This document shows positions 10,608 to 19,505 of a stretch of DNA of 64,000 nt, one piece after another. Within the stretch, counting starts at the first letter, position 1. Each line of letters opens with the position of its first letter. The stretch covers positions 5,292 through 69,291 of the forward strand of contig JACOYI010000004.1 in the NCBI GenBank assembly GCA_016181935.1, read 5' to 3'. Position numbers and translations under genes: made by a program. The notes beneath the pieces are model-generated. The model saw only the letters and a program-made list of their open reading frames with translations. It did no database searches and was not told the DNA's origin. The DNA comes from Candidatus Niyogibacteria bacterium. Its GTDB lineage: Bacteria > Patescibacteriota > Minisyncoccia > HO2-45-28.

Positions 10608-10690
10608 AACGCCTCCTTTTAATGTGCGTTTTTGCCGGACTGCTTTTCCAAATACTGTATACAAAACTTCCATGAGTTTGTCAATCCTTC
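10608..10690 (-). promoter_or_regulatory. duplicated promoter + 5' leader, copy 2
   Basis: cccgaaggaTTGACAaactcatggaagttttgTATACAgtatttggaaaagcagtccggcaaaaacgcacattaaaaggaggcgttATG on minus strand. Confidence 0.6.
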
Positions 10691-10740
10691 GGGCATACTC
10701 AGGATTGACCGTGAGTACGCCGAATCGGTCAACATCCGCC

Positions 10741-10824
10741 AAGGGTTCCCCTTAGGAACGGATAAGGGTAATTCCCCCAAGGGTAGTCCTTTTCTGATTC
10801 CTAAGGACTACCCTTGGGGAATCC
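10741..10824. repeat. two adjacent REP-like palindromic elements
   Basis: AAGGGTTCCCCTT-aggaacggat-AAGGGTAATTCCC then AAGGGTAGTCCTT-ttctgattcct-AAGGACTACCCTT. Confidence 0.7.
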
Positions 10825-10831
10825 TTTGAGA

Positions 10832-13738
10832 TCAATCCCTCGCAAGCCATTGGCCGGTGTAGGATTTTTTGTTGCGCGCGAGTTCTTCGGGAGACGCGGA
10901 CGCCACCACCATGCCGCCTTTCTCGCCTCCTTCGGGACCGAGGTCAATGACCCAATCCGCATTTTTAATGACATCCGGATTATGCTCGATGACAAGCACG
11001 GTATTTCCCTTTTCCACCAGCGCCACGAGTACGCCCAACAACTTCCGCGTGTCTTCAAAATGCAGACCGGTGGTCGGCTCATCCAAAATATATAAGGTTT
11101 TCCCGGTGGATTTACGAGCAAGCTCTGTTGCCAATTTCACGCGCTGGGCCTCGCCGCCCGAAAGTGTCGTCGCCGCCTGCCCCAATTTCATATACGACAG
11201 CCCGACCTCGACGAGCGTTTCGATGCGCGCTTTCAATTGCGGAATGTTTTTGAAAAACGCAAGCGCCTCCTCCGCCGTCATATCGAGAACCTCGGCGATG
11301 GTTTTCCCGTTGTATACAATAGAAAGGGCTTCGGCGTTATACCGCGTGCCTTTGCATTCCTCGCACTCCACATAAATATCGGGCAAAAAATGCATTTCGA
11401 TGCGTTTGACGCCCTGCCCCTCGCATTCCTCGCACCGCCCGCCTTTGACATTGAAACTGAATCGCCCCGCTTTGTAACCGCGCGCTCTGGCATCGCGCGT
11501 TGCCGCGAACAGATCGCGGATGAACGTGAACGCGCCCGTGTAGGTCGCAGGATTGGAGCGGGGCGTGCGTCCGATGGGCGACTGGTCCACCACGATGACC
11601 TTGTCGACATGGTGGACGCCCTCGATGGTTTTGTGAACGCCCGGCGCCTCACGCGAGCCGTAAAAATGCTGGGAAAGGGCACGCGCCAGAATGTCGTTGA
11701 CAAGCGTGGACTTGCCCGAACCCGACACGCCCGTAACACAGACGAATTTGGCCGTCGGAATTTCGACAGCGATGTTTTTTAAATTATGTTCCGCGGCTCC
11801 GCGAACAGTAAGCATTTTGGCTTTTTCGTGGACACGCGTGGCGCGCGCCCCCGCATTCCCCGCCTTCACTTCGCGCTGACCCGACAGATATTCGCCTGTC
11901 AGCGTTTTTGCTTTCAATAATTCTTTGTACGTTCCTTCAAAAATAACTTCCCCGCCGTGACGCCCCGCGCCGGGGCCGAGGTCGATGATCCAATCCGCAT
12001 TCGCCATCGTATCGCGGTCGTGCTCGACCACAATGACCGTGTTGCCGAGGTCGCGCAGATTTTTGAGTGTCTGAATCAAACGGCTGTGATCGCGCGGATG
12101 CAAACCGATGGACGGCTCATCGAGCACATAGATGACGCCGGAAAGACCGGAGCCGATCTGGGTCGCGAGCCGCACCCGCTGGCCCTCCCCGCCCGACAGC
12201 GTCGCGCTCGACCGGTCGAGCGTCAGGTATTCGAGTCCCACATCCAACAAAAATTGGAGACGCCGTACGATCTCTTTTGCGAGCGGCTTTGCGATGGCTT
12301 TCGTTTTTTGGCTTGAAAGTTTTTTCTCGAATGCGCGCATGAATCCGATGGCGGACGCGCACGGAAACGCCGAAACATCCGCGATGCTTTTGCCGTCGAG
12401 ACGCACCGCGAGCGCCTCGGGTTTCAATCGCCGCCCCTCGCAGGTCGGACATCGTTCGATCCGCATATAACGCTCGACCTCGGCGCGCGTCCATTCGGAA
12501 TCCGTTTCCTTCCAGCGGCGCTCCAAATTCGGAATGATGCCCTCAAAACTGGAGGCACGCTGGAGGCTGGGAGCTGGGAGCTGGGAGCTGGGAGCTGGAG
12601 ATTCGCCGCACAAAAGAATATCAATGATTTTTTGCGGAAGATCTTTGACGGGAACATCCAAAGAAAATTTGTACCGCTTCGCCAGATCCTCGAGCATCCA
12701 CCAATACCACGATTGCCGGCCCACGCGGTGTGCAGAGCGTGCCCACGGCTGGATGGCACCCTCCGAAAGCGTCAGATTTTTATTCGGTAAAACCAATTCC
12801 GGATCCACCTCGAGCCGCGAACCCAATCCGGTGCATGCGGGACATGCGCCGAACGGACTGTTGAACGAAAACAGGCGCGGCTCGATCGCGGGAAGCGAAA
12901 TGCCGCACACGGGGCAGGCAAAATGCTCGGAGAAGATCATTTCCGGAAATATTTTTTTGGCGCCTGACGCATCATCCGCGCTCGCCACGAGCACGATGCC
13001 CTTGCCGAGTCCGAGCGCCGCTTCGAACGAATCGCGCAGACGCTCTCGGTCGAGATCCTTGCCGATAACGATGCGATCCACAACGACCGCGATGGAATGC
13101 TGACGCTTGGGGTCGAGCTCCAGATCGAGCGCTTCATCCGTGCGCATCACGCCGCCGTCCACCCGCACGCGCAAAAACCCCTTCTTTTTCAATTCCTGCA
13201 AAATTTTTTTGTGTTCGCCTTTGCGGCCCGTAATGACCGGAGCGACGATCATGGCCAGCGCCCCCGACGGAAGCCCCGATACTTTTGAGAGCATTTCATC
13301 GATCGTTTGTTTTTTGACCGCCTGTCCGCATTGGGGACAATGCGGCTCGCCGAGGCGCGCAAAAAGTACGCGCAGGTAATCATAAATTTCGGTGATGGTG
13401 CCTACGGTGGAGCGCGGCGTGCGGGCTACCGACCGCTGGTCAATGGCGATGGCGGGCGATAATCCATCCATGGACTCCACGTCCGGTTTTTCCCGCACGC
13501 CCAAAAATTGCCGAGCATAACTCGACAAGGATTCCACGAACCGCCGTTCGGCCTCGGCATAGATCGTATCGAACGCAAGCGACGATTTGCCCGAACCCGA
13601 AAGGCCGGTGATGACAATGAGTTTATTTTTTGGAATATCCAGCGAAACATCCTTGAGGTTGTGGGCTTTCGCACCCCGAATCCGGATGACATCGGTGGCG
13701 GGCGTAGGCATAAAGCATTCATTATATAAACGTGTCAA
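10832..13738 (-). CDS. uvrA: excinuclease ABC subunit A
   Basis: 968 aa; two ABC ATPase modules, zinc fingers, LSGGE signatures. Confidence 0.97.
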   Translation of the reverse strand: MTRLYNECFMPTPATDVIRIRGAKAHNLKDVSLDIPKNKLIVITGLSGSGKSSLAFDTIYAEAERRFVESLSSYARQFLGVREKPDVESMDGLSPAIAIDQRSVARTPRSTVGTITEIYDYLRVLFARLGEPHCPQCGQAVKKQTIDEMLSKVSGLPSGALAMIVAPVITGRKGEHKKILQELKKKGFLRVRVDGGVMRTDEALDLELDPKRQHSIAVVVDRIVIGKDLDRERLRDSFEAALGLGKGIVLVASADDASGAKKIFPEMIFSEHFACPVCGISLPAIEPRLFSFNSPFGACPACTGLGSRLEVDPELVLPNKNLTLSEGAIQPWARSAHRVGRQSWYWWMLEDLAKRYKFSLDVPVKDLPQKIIDILLCGESPAPSSQLPAPSLQRASSFEGIIPNLERRWKETDSEWTRAEVERYMRIERCPTCEGRRLKPEALAVRLDGKSIADVSAFPCASAIGFMRAFEKKLSSQKTKAIAKPLAKEIVRRLQFLLDVGLEYLTLDRSSATLSGGEGQRVRLATQIGSGLSGVIYVLDEPSIGLHPRDHSRLIQTLKNLRDLGNTVIVVEHDRDTMANADWIIDLGPGAGRHGGEVIFEGTYKELLKAKTLTGEYLSGQREVKAGNAGARATRVHEKAKMLTVRGAAEHNLKNIAVEIPTAKFVCVTGVSGSGKSTLVNDILARALSQHFYGSREAPGVHKTIEGVHHVDKVIVVDQSPIGRTPRSNPATYTGAFTFIRDLFAATRDARARGYKAGRFSFNVKGGRCEECEGQGVKRIEMHFLPDIYVECEECKGTRYNAEALSIVYNGKTIAEVLDMTAEEALAFFKNIPQLKARIETLVEVGLSYMKLGQAATTLSGGEAQRVKLATELARKSTGKTLYILDEPTTGLHFEDTRKLLGVLVALVEKGNTVLVIEHNPDVIKNADWVIDLGPEGGEKGGMVVASASPEELARNKKSYTGQWLARD
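12571..12605. repeat. tandem heptanucleotide repeat (CTGGGAG)x4 plus flanking variants inside uvrA
   Basis: ctggagg ctgggag x4 ctggaga, about 42 nt; encodes SSQLPAPSSQLPAPS in the uvrA frame. Confidence 0.7.
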
Positions 13739-13756
13739 GACGATGTCAATGAATAA

Positions 13757-13813
13757 GGAACCCCCAAAGGGTAGTCCTTAGGAACGGAAAAGGACTACCC
13801 TTTGGGGGTTCCT
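13757..13813. repeat. REP-like palindromic element (23-bp perfect inverted repeat, 10-nt spacer)
   Basis: GGAACCCCCAAAGGGTAGTCCTT-aggaacggaa-AAGGACTACCCTTTGGGGGTTCC in the uvrA/uvrC divergent region. Confidence 0.8.
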
Positions 13814-13832
13814 TCGGCGTATAATAATCAAC

Positions 13833-15215
13833 GTGCCATCCGTACTCGAGAACACCAAAACCATTCCGGATTCGCCGGGCGTCTATTTTTTCCGCGACCG
13901 CGCGGGAACCGTCGTTTACGTCGGAAAAGCGCAAAATCTCAAGATGCGCCTGAATTCGTATTTCACGATAACCGGCGCCGAAGGCGATACCCGCAAACAG
14001 GCCATGCTCAAAGAAGCCACCTCCTTTGACTGGCAGGAATTGGGTTCGGACATTGAAGCGCTCATCCGCGAAGCGGAACTCATCAAAAAGCTCAAGCCGA
14101 AATATAACGTCCTGATGCGCGACGACAAAAACTTTTTTTACGTCGGCTTCACGCGCGGAAAATTTCCGCGGGTATTCATTACGCATCAACCCGATGAAGG
14201 GAGCACATCGGTAGCGCATCTCGGTCCGTACACGGATGGCGGAGCGCTCAAGCTCGTTTTAAAATCCCTCCGCAAGGCGTTCCCGTATTGCGAATGCGCA
14301 CGCTCGTCTCGCGCTCTGCATGACCGGCCATGCGAAAACGCCGAACTCGGCCGGTGCGCCGGCATCTGCTGCCTGAAAAAAAAGAAATGGCGCGATTTTT
14401 ACCCCGATGCCGAGGAACGCATTGACCGGTATCGCAAAAATATCGCGCTTTTAAAACGCATCCTTGCCGGGCGTTATACGGCTGTAACGCGGCGGCTGAA
14501 AAAAGAGATGCGAAAACTCTCGGAATCGCGCCAGTACGAGGAAGCTGCGGCCTTGCGCGACCAGATCGATGCGCTGGAAAATATTTTCGAGCATCGCGCA
14601 TTTCTGTCGAGGGACGACGAGGCGTGGCGCGAAAAGGGCCTTCGGCATCTCCTGACGGCGCTCGGCGCGAAAAGCGTCAAGCGCATCGAGGGATACGACA
14701 TTTCGAACATCCAAGGGACGGACGCGGTCGGTTCCATGGTGGTCTTCATCGACGGCGCGCCCTACAAAAACGATTACCGGCGGTTCAAGATCCGTTTGCC
14801 GGCGCGTCCCAACGACGTCGCCATGATCCGCGAGATCGTCACGCGCCGGATCGAACACCGCGAGTGGCCATTGCCCGCCGTCATGGTCATTGACGGAGGA
14901 AAAATGCAGTTGAACGCCGCGCTCGCGGCGGTCCAGCACCTGAAAAAAATCCGCGTCGTCTCTCTCGCAAAACGCGAAGAGGAACTTTATTTGCCCAATC
15001 GCACCACCCTTAAATTGAAGGAGAGCTCACAGCCCCTGCTTCACCTGATGCAGGCCGTCCGCAATGAGGCCCATCGCTTTGCGCTCGCCTACCATCATAA
15101 GCGCCGTAAAAAAACATTGTTCAAAGGAAAGCGCACAACAAAAGTCGCCCAAAGAGTGATCCTTAAGAATCGGAGCAAAAAAAAAGTTCGCGCCAAGGGT
15201 AGTCCCCAAGGGTAG
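13833..15215 (+). CDS. uvrC: excinuclease ABC subunit C (lacks C-terminal HhH domain)
   Basis: 460 aa; N-terminal GIY-YIG (GVYFFRDRAGTVVYVGKAQNLKMRLNSY), UvrBC region, RNase H-like endonuclease domain; C-terminus runs into a REP copy (..RAKGSPQG*). Confidence 0.85.
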   Translation: MPSVLENTKTIPDSPGVYFFRDRAGTVVYVGKAQNLKMRLNSYFTITGAEGDTRKQAMLKEATSFDWQELGSDIEALIREAELIKKLKPKYNVLMRDDKNFFYVGFTRGKFPRVFITHQPDEGSTSVAHLGPYTDGGALKLVLKSLRKAFPYCECARSSRALHDRPCENAELGRCAGICCLKKKKWRDFYPDAEERIDRYRKNIALLKRILAGRYTAVTRRLKKEMRKLSESRQYEEAAALRDQIDALENIFEHRAFLSRDDEAWREKGLRHLLTALGAKSVKRIEGYDISNIQGTDAVGSMVVFIDGAPYKNDYRRFKIRLPARPNDVAMIREIVTRRIEHREWPLPAVMVIDGGKMQLNAALAAVQHLKKIRVVSLAKREEELYLPNRTTLKLKESSQPLLHLMQAVRNEAHRFALAYHHKRRKKTLFKGKRTTKVAQRVILKNRSKKKVRAKGSPQG

Positions 15216-15263
15216 TCCATATCTCGTTCCTAAGGACTACCCTTTGAAAAGGACTACCCTTAG
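15195..15263. repeat. REP-like cluster (two direct + two inverted AAGGGTAGTCC units)
   Basis: AAGGGTAGTCC-cc-AAGGGTAGTCC-atatctcgttcct-AAGGACTACCCTT-tgaa-AAGGACTACCCTT. Confidence 0.8.
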
Positions 15264-15298
15264 GAAGCGTCCGCCGGCCAAACGGCGCCGCCACCGAA

Positions 15299-15367
15299 GA
15301 GCTGGAAGCTAGATTTCTGGAGACTGGATTTTCCAGCTTCTAGTTTCTAGGGTTCCAGCTTCCAGAG
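15299..15367. repeat. CTGGAA/CTAGA-rich hairpin element (intergenic copy of the rRNA IVS-like family)
   Basis: gagctggaagctagatttctggagactggattttccagcttctagtttctagggttccagcttccagag; same word composition as four insertions in 23S. Confidence 0.7.
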
Positions 15368-15403
15368 TTGACCCCCAGCCAAGGAGGTGCTATTGTGTAG
15401 GAA

Positions 15404-15634
15404 ATGCAGATTTTACGGACTCTGTTGCCGTACGCACAAATAGGCGTCGCTATCCTCCTCGCGATCACCATCCTCCTCCAGCAAAAAGGCGGTAGCGTGG
15501 GTTCGATTTTCGGCGGAGGCGAGGCAACTTTCTATCGCACCAAACGGGGCCTTGAACGAGGACTTTTCATTTCAACGATCATCCTCGGGATCGCATTCGT
15601 CGTTCTTGCGATTTTGGGTTTGACGCTCCGCTAG
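15404..15634 (+). CDS. secG: preprotein translocase subunit SecG (probable)
   Basis: 76 aa; two TM helices with glycine-rich loop LLQQKGGSVGSIFGGGEATF. Confidence 0.55.
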   Translation: MQILRTLLPYAQIGVAILLAITILLQQKGGSVGSIFGGGEATFYRTKRGLERGLFISTIILGIAFVVLAILGLTLR

Positions 15635-15662
15635 CCCAAAATCCCGCCCCTCCATCTATCTT

Positions 15663-17402
15663 GTGATAAAATCTTCTTTTCCGTTTGTAAAACGATCCTC
15701 GATTCCCACGCTTCTCGAACTTCGCGTTGTGTTGCGAGGGTTGGTGGCATGGGAAAAAATCGCCTTTCTTATCGCAACCGGCGCGATCGTTATCGGAACG
15801 CTCGGCTTCTGGATCCAATTGCAAAAACGATTCGCGGTCATGATCCCTGCGCCCGGCGGTTCTTTTGTCGAGGGCATCACGGGGACGCCGCACCTCGCGA
15901 ATCCTCTGCTTGCAAGCACGGAAGCGGATCGCGACCTTACGAATCTTTTGTATGCCGGCCTGATGAAATCGGACGGCACCGGCGGACTCGAAACGAACCT
16001 TGCGCAAAATTATACGATCTCGGAGGATGGTTTGGTCTATGAATTCACGCTTCGCGGCGGCCTCACGTGGCACGACGGGGAACCGATCACCGCGGACGAC
16101 GTCGCGTTCACGATACAGGCCGCAAAAAATCCGGCGATCAAAAGCCCGCTGCGCGCCAACTGGGAAGGCGTGGATATCGAAGTGGTGAATGACCATCAGA
16201 TCCGGTTCGTCTTAAAACGGCCGTACTCGCCCTTTCTTGAAAATATGACCGTCGGCATTCTCCCGCGCCACATTTGGAAAAATGCGACGTCGGACCAATT
16301 CAGCTTGTCCGAATACAATCGTAAGGTCATCGGCGCGGGCCCGTACGAGGTCGACGCGATCGAACGAAATGCCGCCGGCATCATTACGGCATACGAGCTT
16401 GGCGCATTTGAACACTACGCCTTAGGAAAACCGCTCATCCGGAAGATCACGCTCAGATTCTATAATTCGGAGGCCGAGGCGCTTTCGGCGCTCCGCGGAG
16501 GCGCCATCGACGCTCTGTCATCGCTCTCCGCCGACAAGACCGCCGAACTGCAGAACTTTGGAGACCGCTTGCGCCTGTTGTCGCTTCCCCGTATATTCGG
16601 CGTTTTCTTCAACCAAAACAAATCGGCGGCATTGCAGGATCGCGCCGTACGGCTGGCGCTGGTACAATCGATCGATAAAAAAGAGATCATTGAAACGGCG
16701 CTCGGCGGATTCGGCATCGCCATCGATGACCCGATCCCGCCCGAGATCCTGCACCGCGGCTCTCCGACCGATCGCTTCGATCTCCTGAATGCGTCGAGTA
16801 CGCTTGCGAAGGCGGGATGGAAATTGAATCCAACGACCGGGATCCGCGAAAAAGCCGAGGGTAAAAAGCCGGCGATCCCTTTGGCATTCACGATCTCGAC
16901 CGCAAATACGCCGGAATTGGCGGCCGCAGCCGAGATTGTCAGGAACCAATGGCGCGCGATCGGAGCGAATGTCGAAGTCAGAACATTCGAGATCGGCGAC
17001 CTGAACCAAAATATCATCCGCCCCCGCGAATATGAGGCGCTTCTCTTCGGCGAGGTCGTGGGGCGCGACCCCGATCCGTTTGCGTTCTGGCATTCATCCC
17101 AACGAAATGACCCGGGGCTCAATATCGCGCTCTATACCAACAAAACAACGGACAAGCTCGTCGAAGAGGCACGGACCACGCATGACGCGGTCCTGCGCCG
17201 CGAAAAATATGCCGCGTTTCTGGATGAGGTGCGAAAAGATGCGCCCGCCGCATTTCTCTATTCGCCATCCTATGTGTATGTGGCGGCTCCCGGGCTTCGC
17301 GGATTCGATACGCGGCTCATCACCGTTCCGGCGGAACGTTTCGCAAATGTCCACGCATGGCACCTGTATACGACGCGCGTATGGAAGATCTTTTTGAAGT
17401 AG
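15663..17402 (+). CDS. ABC transporter substrate-binding protein, family 5 (oligopeptide/nickel type)
   Basis: 579 aa; N-terminal TM anchor; SBP_bac_5-like core (TISEDGLVYEFTLRGGLTWHDGEPITADDV). Confidence 0.8.
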   Translation: MIKSSFPFVKRSSIPTLLELRVVLRGLVAWEKIAFLIATGAIVIGTLGFWIQLQKRFAVMIPAPGGSFVEGITGTPHLANPLLASTEADRDLTNLLYAGLMKSDGTGGLETNLAQNYTISEDGLVYEFTLRGGLTWHDGEPITADDVAFTIQAAKNPAIKSPLRANWEGVDIEVVNDHQIRFVLKRPYSPFLENMTVGILPRHIWKNATSDQFSLSEYNRKVIGAGPYEVDAIERNAAGIITAYELGAFEHYALGKPLIRKITLRFYNSEAEALSALRGGAIDALSSLSADKTAELQNFGDRLRLLSLPRIFGVFFNQNKSAALQDRAVRLALVQSIDKKEIIETALGGFGIAIDDPIPPEILHRGSPTDRFDLLNASSTLAKAGWKLNPTTGIREKAEGKKPAIPLAFTISTANTPELAAAAEIVRNQWRAIGANVEVRTFEIGDLNQNIIRPREYEALLFGEVVGRDPDPFAFWHSSQRNDPGLNIALYTNKTTDKLVEEARTTHDAVLRREKYAAFLDEVRKDAPAAFLYSPSYVYVAAPGLRGFDTRLITVPAERFANVHAWHLYTTRVWKIFLK

Positions 17403-17485
17403 AAAATCGCCCCGCGCGCGGATTTACTCCGCGCAGCGGGGCACCCTGGAAGGGGGAAGCAGTGAGCGAAAGCGAACGTCGGAAG

Positions 17486-17512
17486 GGGGAAACCCTTTCC
17501 GGGTTTCCCCCT
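17486..17512. other. perfect 11-bp stem hairpin GGGGGAAACCC-TTTCC-GGGTTTCCCCC upstream of tRNA-Leu
   Basis: Direct reading; 10 nt before tRNA 5' end, no T-run. Confidence 0.5.
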
Positions 17513-17522
17513 CCGAGTCATT

Positions 17523-17606
17523 GCCCCCGTGGTGGAATTGGCAGACACGCAGCGTTCAGGGCGCTGTTCCCGTAAGGGAGTAGAGGTTCAAATCCTCTCG
17601 GGGGCA
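17523..17606 (+). tRNA. tRNA-Leu (anticodon CAG)
   Basis: Acceptor GCCCCCG/CGGGGGC, anticodon stem CAGCG/CGCTG with loop TTCAGGG, long variable arm, T-loop TTCAAAT. Confidence 0.85.
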
Positions 17607-17647
17607 CTATGGGAATCTCATTATCAATTATTTATTCATTTAATCGC

Positions 17648-19486
17648 ATGATCACACGATCAAGAAATTACCGGCGAAAGCCGGCAGGAAAGTTCGCAAA
17701 AACGTCCGGACGCGTTTCCGATATCCGCGATGAATTAAAAGACGTAAAAAAAGCGACGTCGGCGGAAAAACTCGTCGTTCCCCACGGAAGCCCGAATGCA
17801 AAGATCCGGGTCGTTCCCGTTGGAGGACTCGAGGAAGTGGGCCGGAACATGATGTATCTGGAATATGTGGACCCGGGATCCAAATATCACGGCGACATCA
17901 TCGTGATCGACATCGGCCTCCAGTTTCCGGACGAAAACATGCCGGGAATCGATTACATCATTCCGAATATCACCTCCCTTCTGCCCAAAAAAGATAAGAT
18001 CAAAGCCGTCATTATCACGCATGCGCATTACGATCATATCGGCGGCATCCCGCATGTCATGCCGAAACTCGGCGCCGATATCCCGCTTTACGGGACCGAT
18101 CTTACGCTCGCCATCATCGCCAAGCGCCAGCGTGACTATGAACATCTGGGGGGGCATCTCAACCTCAATGAGATATCGAACGATACGAAACTTGACTTTG
18201 GAGCATTCCAAATCGAGTTTTTCGGCGTTTCGCATAATATCCCGGGATCGGTCGGCGTCATCCTGCATACGCCCGTCGGCATTCTCATCCATACGGGCGA
18301 CTTTAAGATCGATACGCGTTCCGGTATCGGGGGCGTGACCGAAATGGAAAAACTCCGGGAGCTGGGCGAAAAGAACGTGCTTTTGCTGATGTCCGACAGC
18401 ACGAATGCCCGCGAACCCGGCCATCAATTCAGCGAGGTGGACATTCAGCACGAAATGGAGGCGATCATACGGGATGCCGCCGGACGGCTCATCATCGGTA
18501 CCTTCGCATCGCTCTTGGGCCGCTTAAATGAAATTCTGCAGATCGCCGAAAAATACGATAAACGCGTCGCGATCGACGGCCGCAGCATGAAAACGAATAT
18601 CGAGATCGCGGAACACCTCGGATATATCAAAGTGAATCCGGCGATCCTGATCGATGCCGCAGACACGCACAAATACCCGTCCAAAAAAGTCGTGGTCCTC
18701 GTAACGGGCGCCCAGGGGGAAGAAAATGCGGTCTTGATGCGCATTGTCACGGGCCGCCACAAATTCCTGAAAATTCAAAGCGGCGATACCGTGGTCTTTT
18801 CGTCCTCGGTCATTCCGGGCAACGAGCGCTCGGTCCAGTATCTTACGGACAAGCTCTACCGCGACGGCGCGGATGTCATCAATTATAAAATGCTCGACAT
18901 TCATGCCGGAGGCCATGCAAAACAGGAGGACCTGAAACTCCTGATCGAGACGATCAAGCCTCAGTATCTCATGCCGATCGAAGGCAACCATTCGTTCTTG
19001 AAACTTCACGCGAAGGTCGGACGCCGCGCCGGAATGGCCGAGGAGAAGATCGTCGTCGCGGATAACGGGCAGGTCGCGGAGGTCAAAAAGGGCTCGGTCA
19101 TGCTCACCAAAGAACGGGTGCCGGCAAACTACGTCATGGTGGACGGCCTTGGGGTCGGCGACGTTCAGGAAGTGGTGCTCCGCGACCGGCAAATGCTCGC
19201 ATCCGACGGCATTTTCGTCATCATCGCGACCGTGGATTCGCAAACCGGCAAAGTCCGCGGATCGCCGGATATCATTTCGCGGGGATTCGTGTATTTGCGC
19301 GAATCCAAGGAACTCTTGTTCCAAGCGCGCCTGCTTGTCAAAAAGATCGTTGAACACTCGACGCATACCATGCATCCCGTCAACTGGACGTATGTCCGCG
19401 ACAACCTGCGCGATCAGGTCGGCGACTTTCTGTTCGAAAAAACCCACCGCCGCCCGATGGTCCTGCCCGTTGTGATCGAGGTGTAA
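17648..19486 (+). CDS. rnj: ribonuclease J (metallo-beta-lactamase / beta-CASP)
   Basis: About 612 aa; VIITHAHYDHIGG motif, beta-CASP and C-terminal domains; start uncertain (ORF opens at 17609 overlapping tRNA end). Confidence 0.9.
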   Translation: MITRSRNYRRKPAGKFAKTSGRVSDIRDELKDVKKATSAEKLVVPHGSPNAKIRVVPVGGLEEVGRNMMYLEYVDPGSKYHGDIIVIDIGLQFPDENMPGIDYIIPNITSLLPKKDKIKAVIITHAHYDHIGGIPHVMPKLGADIPLYGTDLTLAIIAKRQRDYEHLGGHLNLNEISNDTKLDFGAFQIEFFGVSHNIPGSVGVILHTPVGILIHTGDFKIDTRSGIGGVTEMEKLRELGEKNVLLLMSDSTNAREPGHQFSEVDIQHEMEAIIRDAAGRLIIGTFASLLGRLNEILQIAEKYDKRVAIDGRSMKTNIEIAEHLGYIKVNPAILIDAADTHKYPSKKVVVLVTGAQGEENAVLMRIVTGRHKFLKIQSGDTVVFSSSVIPGNERSVQYLTDKLYRDGADVINYKMLDIHAGGHAKQEDLKLLIETIKPQYLMPIEGNHSFLKLHAKVGRRAGMAEEKIVVADNGQVAEVKKGSVMLTKERVPANYVMVDGLGVGDVQEVVLRDRQMLASDGIFVIIATVDSQTGKVRGSPDIISRGFVYLRESKELLFQARLLVKKIVEHSTHTMHPVNWTYVRDNLRDQVGDFLFEKTHRRPMVLPVVIEV

Positions 19487-19505
19487 AAAAAGAAAAAGCG
19501 CCATC

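Noticed and set aside
9665-10622. ORFs 9665..10210 (181 aa) and 9714..10622 (302 aa) spanning the small-gene cluster
   Set aside because: Arg/Ser-rich, no start context. They overlap the duplicated promoter/leader and terminators, and out-of-frame overlap the well-supported small genes. Judged spurious.
13739-13832. Palindrome in the uvrA/uvrC divergent promoter region as a possible LexA/SOS box
   Set aside because: The same 13-mer core recurs at many unrelated loci (groEL 3' end, RAYT flanks, glycosylation locus), so it is better explained as a REP element. An additional SOS operator cannot be excluded.
13746-15270. Short ORFs ending in ...PKGSP / KGSPFPF (e.g. 13587..13781, 13746..14219, 10632..10829)
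   Set aside because: The recurring KGSP peptide is simply the translation of the REP core AAGGGTAGTCC. These ORFs are artefacts of the repeat.
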